64,000 nt of DNA from Vulcanimicrobiota bacterium. Lineage in GTDB: Bacteria; Vulcanimicrobiota; Vulcanimicrobiia; Eremiobacterales; Eremiobacteraceae. The position numbers were made by a program, and so were the translations under genes. Of the stretch, positions 59,436 to 64,000 are shown piece after piece. Each line of letters begins with the position of its first letter. Positions within the stretch are counted from its first letter, which is position 1. The stretch spans positions 256,001 through 320,000 of the forward strand of contig CAWETU010000005.1 of NCBI GenBank assembly GCA_963812135.1, given 5' to 3'. The notes below the pieces were generated by a model that was given only the letters and a program-made list of their open reading frames with translations, ran no database searches and was not told the origin of the DNA.

Positions 59436-60859
59436 AAAAGATTTGGAACAACCCGGTCTGGCGGATCGGCATCATCGCAGGCGCGTTGGTGTTGCTGATC
59501 GGCATCGGCGTCGCGGGTCACCGCGGGCCTGATGCGATCGAGACCAAGACGGTGGTCGTGAAGACGACGACGCTGACTGTGAAGCTGCCCGAGAACGGCG
59601 TGCTTTCTCGGCCGCAGACGACGACGATCGCGGCTACCGCATCCGGCAATATCCTCGAGATCTTCGCAAAGGAAAGCGCTCGCGTGCGCAAGGGCGATCT
59701 CCTCATGAAGCTTGACGACCGCCAGATCGCGACGTCAGTCGCCACCGACCGCGCGACGGTCGCTGAAGCAGCGGCGACGCTGACGAGTGCGCAGGCGCGC
59801 TTGCAAGCCGACATCAACGCGAAAAGCGAAGGGCAGATCTCCGGCGGACTCGGCGCGTCCTCGATCGGCCTTTCTGGCGCATCGCAACTCGTCCAAGCCG
59901 AGCAGACGCTCACATCCTCGCGTTTGAACCTGCAAACCGCCAAAGAGACCTACCAAGCCGATCAGGAGCTGTACAAGATCAATGGGCTGCCGCGTCAGCA
60001 GCTCGATAAAGACAAGGCGGCGTATGACGAAGCCGTGGCCAACCAAGTGGCCGCGCAGCAGCAATACGACCTGCTCAAGCAACAGCTGCGTGAGACCGGC
60101 GGCCAGCTCGACACGCAGATCACCGCCGACCGCTCCTCGGTCGCCAGCGCAGAGGCGCAACTCGCATCGGCGAACGCCTCGCTCTCGCTCCACACGAACG
60201 ATCTCGCGAATACCGAAGTGCGCGCTCCGTTCGACGGCGTGATCCAGCAGATCGGTACCGCGTCCACCGGCGCGTCGACGCCGCTGGCGCCAGGCGATGC
60301 CGTCTCCCCAGGCGAGCTGCTGTTCACCATCGCGGCTGCGGGGCCGATGGTCGTGAAGGCGCAAGTCGACGAACAGGACATCATCAACGTCAAGCCGGGC
60401 CAACGCGCGGTCATCACCGGGGAGGACTTCCCCGGGCGCTCGCTGCCCGGCACGGTCAGCAACGTCGCCGCGGTCGTCGTCCAGGTCAGCCAAGCCGGCA
60501 ACAGCGCGAAGAACGTGGAGACGACTATCTCGCTTCAACGAGATTATCCGTTCTTGCGCGCCGGGATGTCATGCGATGTCGATATCATCACCGCCGAAGC
60601 CAAGAACGCTCTCGTCGTGCCGCTCGCCGCAGTGATCGACGACGGGGCCAAGCACTTCGTCTACGTCGTCAAGCAGAACAAAGCCACCAAGATCCAGGTC
60701 GACAAAGGGCTCGCAAGCGACACCGACGTCGTCATCACGCGCGGTCTCAAGAGCGGCGACGTCGTCGCGACGACGAACGTGAAGGATCTCAAGGACGGCG
60801 CGACCGTGAAAGCCGCGCCCGTGGCCTCTCCCGCGCCGAGCACCTCACCCGGCTCGTGA
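59432..60859 (+). CDS. Efflux membrane fusion (periplasmic adaptor) protein
   Basis: SGNILEI...V.KGDLL, VRAPFDGVI, VDEQDI..VKPGQ, LRAGMS, VVPL.AV. Confidence 0.92.
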   Translation: MKKIWNNPVWRIGIIAGALVLLIGIGVAGHRGPDAIETKTVVVKTTTLTVKLPENGVLSRPQTTTIAATASGNILEIFAKESARVRKGDLLMKLDDRQIATSVATDRATVAEAAATLTSAQARLQADINAKSEGQISGGLGASSIGLSGASQLVQAEQTLTSSRLNLQTAKETYQADQELYKINGLPRQQLDKDKAAYDEAVANQVAAQQQYDLLKQQLRETGGQLDTQITADRSSVASAEAQLASANASLSLHTNDLANTEVRAPFDGVIQQIGTASTGASTPLAPGDAVSPGELLFTIAAAGPMVVKAQVDEQDIINVKPGQRAVITGEDFPGRSLPGTVSNVAAVVVQVSQAGNSAKNVETTISLQRDYPFLRAGMSCDVDIITAEAKNALVVPLAAVIDDGAKHFVYVVKQNKATKIQVDKGLASDTDVVITRGLKSGDVVATTNVKDLKDGATVKAAPVASPAPSTSPGS

Positions 60860-62055
60860 AGCTCTGGGAGTTCTTAGGCGCAGCAGTCGAGACGCTGTGG
60901 GCGAACCGGATGCGCTCCATCCTCACGATGCTGGGGATCGTGATCGGCACGGCCGCAGTGATCGCGATCTTCGCGATTGGGCAATCCGCCGCCGCAGGGA
61001 TCCAAAGCCAGCTCGCGACCATCGGCAACCCGGGCATCATCATCTACCCGGACTTCCAGGTCGCGCGGGCAAATCGTGCCAGGCTGCAATGGAGCGACGT
61101 GCTCAGGCTGCGCTCGGAGTGCGCCTCATGCAGTCAGGTCTTTCCGCGGTTCGGCGCGATCTTCACGACGCGATCCGGGCACAAACAGAACGCGTTCCTG
61201 CTCGTTTCGGGGACGGATTATGTCTCGGACTTCCGCCCGCTCGCCGAGGGCCGCCGTTTCGACGCCGACGACGTCGATTCGGCGCGCTCCGTGGCCATCA
61301 TCGAGTGGGAGACGAAGCGCGAACTGTTCGGTGACCGGTCTGCGATCGGGGAGGAGATCCACGTCGGCGGACATCGGTTCACCGTCGTGGGCGTTTTTAC
61401 GAAGTTCGCGGTGCTCAACAGCGGTCCCGGGGGAGGCAGCACGTTCGTCGTCTACATCCCGTATACGACGTATCACTTGCTGCCCGGATCGAGCGTCAGG
61501 AATCTTCAAGTCTATCCGGCGCCAGGCGCATCGGTGGCCACGACGACGGCCGAGGTGTATCGGTTGTTGCAGCAGCGGTACGGCCCGAAGGCCAAGTATG
61601 CGACGTTCGACTTCACAAAGCAGGTCGGCGCCTTCCTCACGGTGATCCAGGGAGTCGCGCTCGGGATCTCTGCGATCGGCGGCATCGCGCTCGTCGTCGG
61701 CGGCATCGGCGTCATGAACATCATGCTCGTCTCGGTCAATGAGCGCACACGCGAGATCGGGATCCGCAAAGCGATCGGCGCGAAGGCGTCCGATATCGTC
61801 ATGCAGTTCCTCGTCGAGGCGGCCGCGATCACGCTCATCGGGGGTCTGATCGGGATCCTCATCGGCGCGGGCAGCGCCATCGCAGCCAATACGCTCTTCG
61901 TCACGAAGCTCACCGGAACCGTCGCCACGATACAGTGGTTGCCGATCATCGTCAGCGCGGCCGGCTTTTCGATACTGATCGGCTTGATATTCGGAACGTA
62001 CCCTGCGATCCGCGCGTCGCGACTCTCACCCGTGGACTGCCTGCGCCATGAATAA
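60856..62055 (+). CDS. MacB-like ABC permease
   Basis: NRMRSILTMLGIVIG, VGGIGVMNIMLVSV.ERTREIGIRKAIGA, FGTYPA.RAS.L.P. Confidence 0.93.
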   Translation: MKLWEFLGAAVETLWANRMRSILTMLGIVIGTAAVIAIFAIGQSAAAGIQSQLATIGNPGIIIYPDFQVARANRARLQWSDVLRLRSECASCSQVFPRFGAIFTTRSGHKQNAFLLVSGTDYVSDFRPLAEGRRFDADDVDSARSVAIIEWETKRELFGDRSAIGEEIHVGGHRFTVVGVFTKFAVLNSGPGGGSTFVVYIPYTTYHLLPGSSVRNLQVYPAPGASVATTTAEVYRLLQQRYGPKAKYATFDFTKQVGAFLTVIQGVALGISAIGGIALVVGGIGVMNIMLVSVNERTREIGIRKAIGAKASDIVMQFLVEAAAITLIGGLIGILIGAGSAIAANTLFVTKLTGTVATIQWLPIIVSAAGFSILIGLIFGTYPAIRASRLSPVDCLRHE

Positions 62056-63253
62056 GCTCCTTGAATACGTCGCGCAAGGGCTTCAAACGCTGTGGATCAA
62101 CCGGCTCCGCTCGCTCCTCACCGCGCTCGGCATCATCATCGGGGTCGGTTCGGTCATCGCCATCCTGGCGACCGGCGATTCGCTGACGAAGTCGACCCAG
62201 ACGATCCTGTCAGGATACTCGCTCGCCTGGTCGTTCGTCTCGGCGCGCCAGCAGCAGCCTGACCCTGCCAAGGCGGCCGTCCGCTTTGACGACGCGCGGC
62301 GGGTGGCGCGGCTCGTCAAGGATGCCGATGCCGTGCTGCCGATCATCGACGTCCAGATGACGGCGGACGTCAATCATCACAAAATAGACGCCGAAGTCGT
62401 CAGCGCTGGACCAGGCGAAGGCTACGATACAACGCCGCTTGCGGATGGCACGCGGTTCACCGAAAACCAAGTCGCCGCACATCAACACGTCGCGATCATC
62501 TCAGACTCGCTGCGCAACAAGCTTTTCCCGAACGAATCGCCGATGGGCCGATCGATCCGGTTGGATGGAAGCTACTATCGGATCGTGGGCGTGCAGACGC
62601 CGCCGACGACCGGCGGGCTGCTCGGTTCGTTCGCCCAGTATCCCGACGTCACCATCCCGTACACGATCGCGCCCGATCTCGGATACACGTTCGTCGCGTT
62701 TCTTGCCGTGCACGCGCCGGATCCGGCGAGTGCCGGCAAGATCGGCAATGAGGCGGCGGCGGCGCTGCGCACCATCCACGGCGAGCGCACGCAATACGAT
62801 GAAGAGGACATCCAAGGCGATAACCAGAGCATCCGCAACGTCTTCGGCGTGTTGACCGGTGTGGTCGGCGTGATCGCGGCGATCTCGCTGCTGGTCGGCG
62901 GCGTCGGCATCATGAACATCATGCTCGTCTCCGTCACCGAGCGCACGCGCGAGATCGGCATCCGCAAGGCGATCGGCGCGGCACGCACCGACATCATGTT
63001 GCAGTTCCTGATCGAGGCGGTGCTGCTGTGCCTCGCCGGAGGGCTGATCGGGTTGGCCATCGGCGTCAGCCTCGCCGAGTTGCTCATCCATACGCTCATC
63101 TCGAGCCTCACCGGTCCGACGGTCGCGTTCGATTGGTTGCCGGTCGCCGAGGTGGCGATCGGTTTCTCCGCCGGGATCGGCATCGTGTTCGGTACCTATC
63201 CCGCGATCAGAGCTTCGTTCTTGAACCCGATCGACTGCTTGCGTTATGAATAA
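62048..63253 (+). CDS. MacB-like ABC permease (second copy)
   Basis: NRLRSLLTALGIIIG, VGGVGIMNIMLVSVTERTREIGIRKAIGA. Confidence 0.93.
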   Translation: MNKLLEYVAQGLQTLWINRLRSLLTALGIIIGVGSVIAILATGDSLTKSTQTILSGYSLAWSFVSARQQQPDPAKAAVRFDDARRVARLVKDADAVLPIIDVQMTADVNHHKIDAEVVSAGPGEGYDTTPLADGTRFTENQVAAHQHVAIISDSLRNKLFPNESPMGRSIRLDGSYYRIVGVQTPPTTGGLLGSFAQYPDVTIPYTIAPDLGYTFVAFLAVHAPDPASAGKIGNEAAAALRTIHGERTQYDEEDIQGDNQSIRNVFGVLTGVVGVIAAISLLVGGVGIMNIMLVSVTERTREIGIRKAIGAARTDIMLQFLIEAVLLCLAGGLIGLAIGVSLAELLIHTLISSLTGPTVAFDWLPVAEVAIGFSAGIGIVFGTYPAIRASFLNPIDCLRYE

Positions 63254-63971
63254 CGTCATCGAGATCGAGCAGCTGACCAAGACCTACATGATCGGCGACA
63301 TCAAGGTTCCGGCGCTGCGCGGTATTTCGTTCACCGTGGCGCCCGGCGAATACGTGGCGATCATGGGACCGTCTGGATCGGGCAAATCGACGCTGATGAA
63401 CCTGATCGGTTGTTTGGACAAGCCGACCACCGGGCTGTATCGTCTCGACGGCGTCGATGTCGGAGCGCAGAACGACCAGCAGTTGGCCGCGATCCGGCTC
63501 AAGAAGCTCGGCTTCGTCTTTCAGGGGTTTAATCTGTTGCCGCGGACGTCTGCCGTGCGCAACGTCGCGCTGCCGCTCTTCTATTCGGGCGACCGCGACC
63601 GCGAAGCGAAGGCCAAGGCCGTGCTTGAGAAGGTCGGGCTTGGCGATCGCATCTACCACCGGCCCAACGAACTATCAGGCGGCCAACAGCAGCGCGTGGC
63701 CATCGCGCGAGCTTTGGTAAACGACCCAGCTCTTGTGCTTGCGGACGAGCCGACCGGTAACCTCGACTCAGCGACCGCGGACAGTATCATGGGACTATTT
63801 CAACAGCTCAACGGCGAAGGCCACACGATCATCATGGTGACCCACGACGAAGATATCGCGAAATACTCGAAGCGCATCATCCGGCTGCGCGACGGGTTGG
63901 TAATCGAAGACGCGCCGGTCGCTGACCAGACGATCGCCGGCCGAATAAATTCGGCCGCTACATCAGGTTAG
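63246..63971 (+). CDS. ABC ATP-binding protein (MacB/LolD type)
   Basis: [48 protein letters not shown]. Confidence 0.95.
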   Translation: MNNVIEIEQLTKTYMIGDIKVPALRGISFTVAPGEYVAIMGPSGSGKSTLMNLIGCLDKPTTGLYRLDGVDVGAQNDQQLAAIRLKKLGFVFQGFNLLPRTSAVRNVALPLFYSGDRDREAKAKAVLEKVGLGDRIYHRPNELSGGQQQRVAIARALVNDPALVLADEPTGNLDSATADSIMGLFQQLNGEGHTIIMVTHDEDIAKYSKRIIRLRDGLVIEDAPVADQTIAGRINSAATSG

Positions 63972-64000
63972 ACGGTCGAATAAATTCGACCGCTACATCA
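63938..64000 (-). repeat. Tandem pair of GTAG-type REP-like palindromes (copies 5 and 6)
   Basis: 28-bp units CGGYCGAATAAATTCGRCCGCTACATCA at 63938-63965 and 63973-64000, 35-bp period. Confidence 0.92.

Noticed and set aside
63938..64000. Possible CRISPR array start
   Set aside because: The spacer is only 7 bp, the same unit occurs singly at four intergenic sites, and no cas genes are seen; it fits a REP.

Overview
This is a GC-rich bacterial chromosome segment made mostly of core genes on the minus strand. It holds the start of a divergent flagellar-type cluster (flgG-like, fliM-like, fliN, fliP), modABC, a HEAT-repeat cyclophilin, rpoD-dnaG-dgt-ppdK-glyQS, NatAB-like ABC, rlmN, UDG, prfB (with the programmed +1 frameshift), secA, hpf, LCP, rimO, yajQ, rodZ, mnmA, mqnC/A/E, ftsK, rnj and a YtrA-regulated TolC/MFP/MacB-type export operon. 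Firmicutes-like gene order together with TolC, the futalosine pathway and a homodimeric GlyRS suggests a diderm Terrabacteria lineage such as Eremiobacterota (inference only). About a dozen genes, including essential ones, carry single-base indels, most likely long-read consensus errors. Two non-coding signals stand out. (1) An ~8.6 kb accessory block of mostly secreted-protein genes lies between secA and prfB. Its secA-proximal 2 kb is bounded by a 19-bp direct repeat of the secA 3' end and by 37-bp inverted arms. Excision would create a ~90-nt palindromic junction, and degenerate copies of the site lie further out. This is a candidate integrase-less cassette system targeting the secA stop codon. 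(2) A GTAG-type REP hairpin family has 6 copies with covarying stems, four of them 0-6 nt after TAG stop codons and a tandem pair at the window end. No rRNA, tRNA, CRISPR array, transposase or integrase was recognised.
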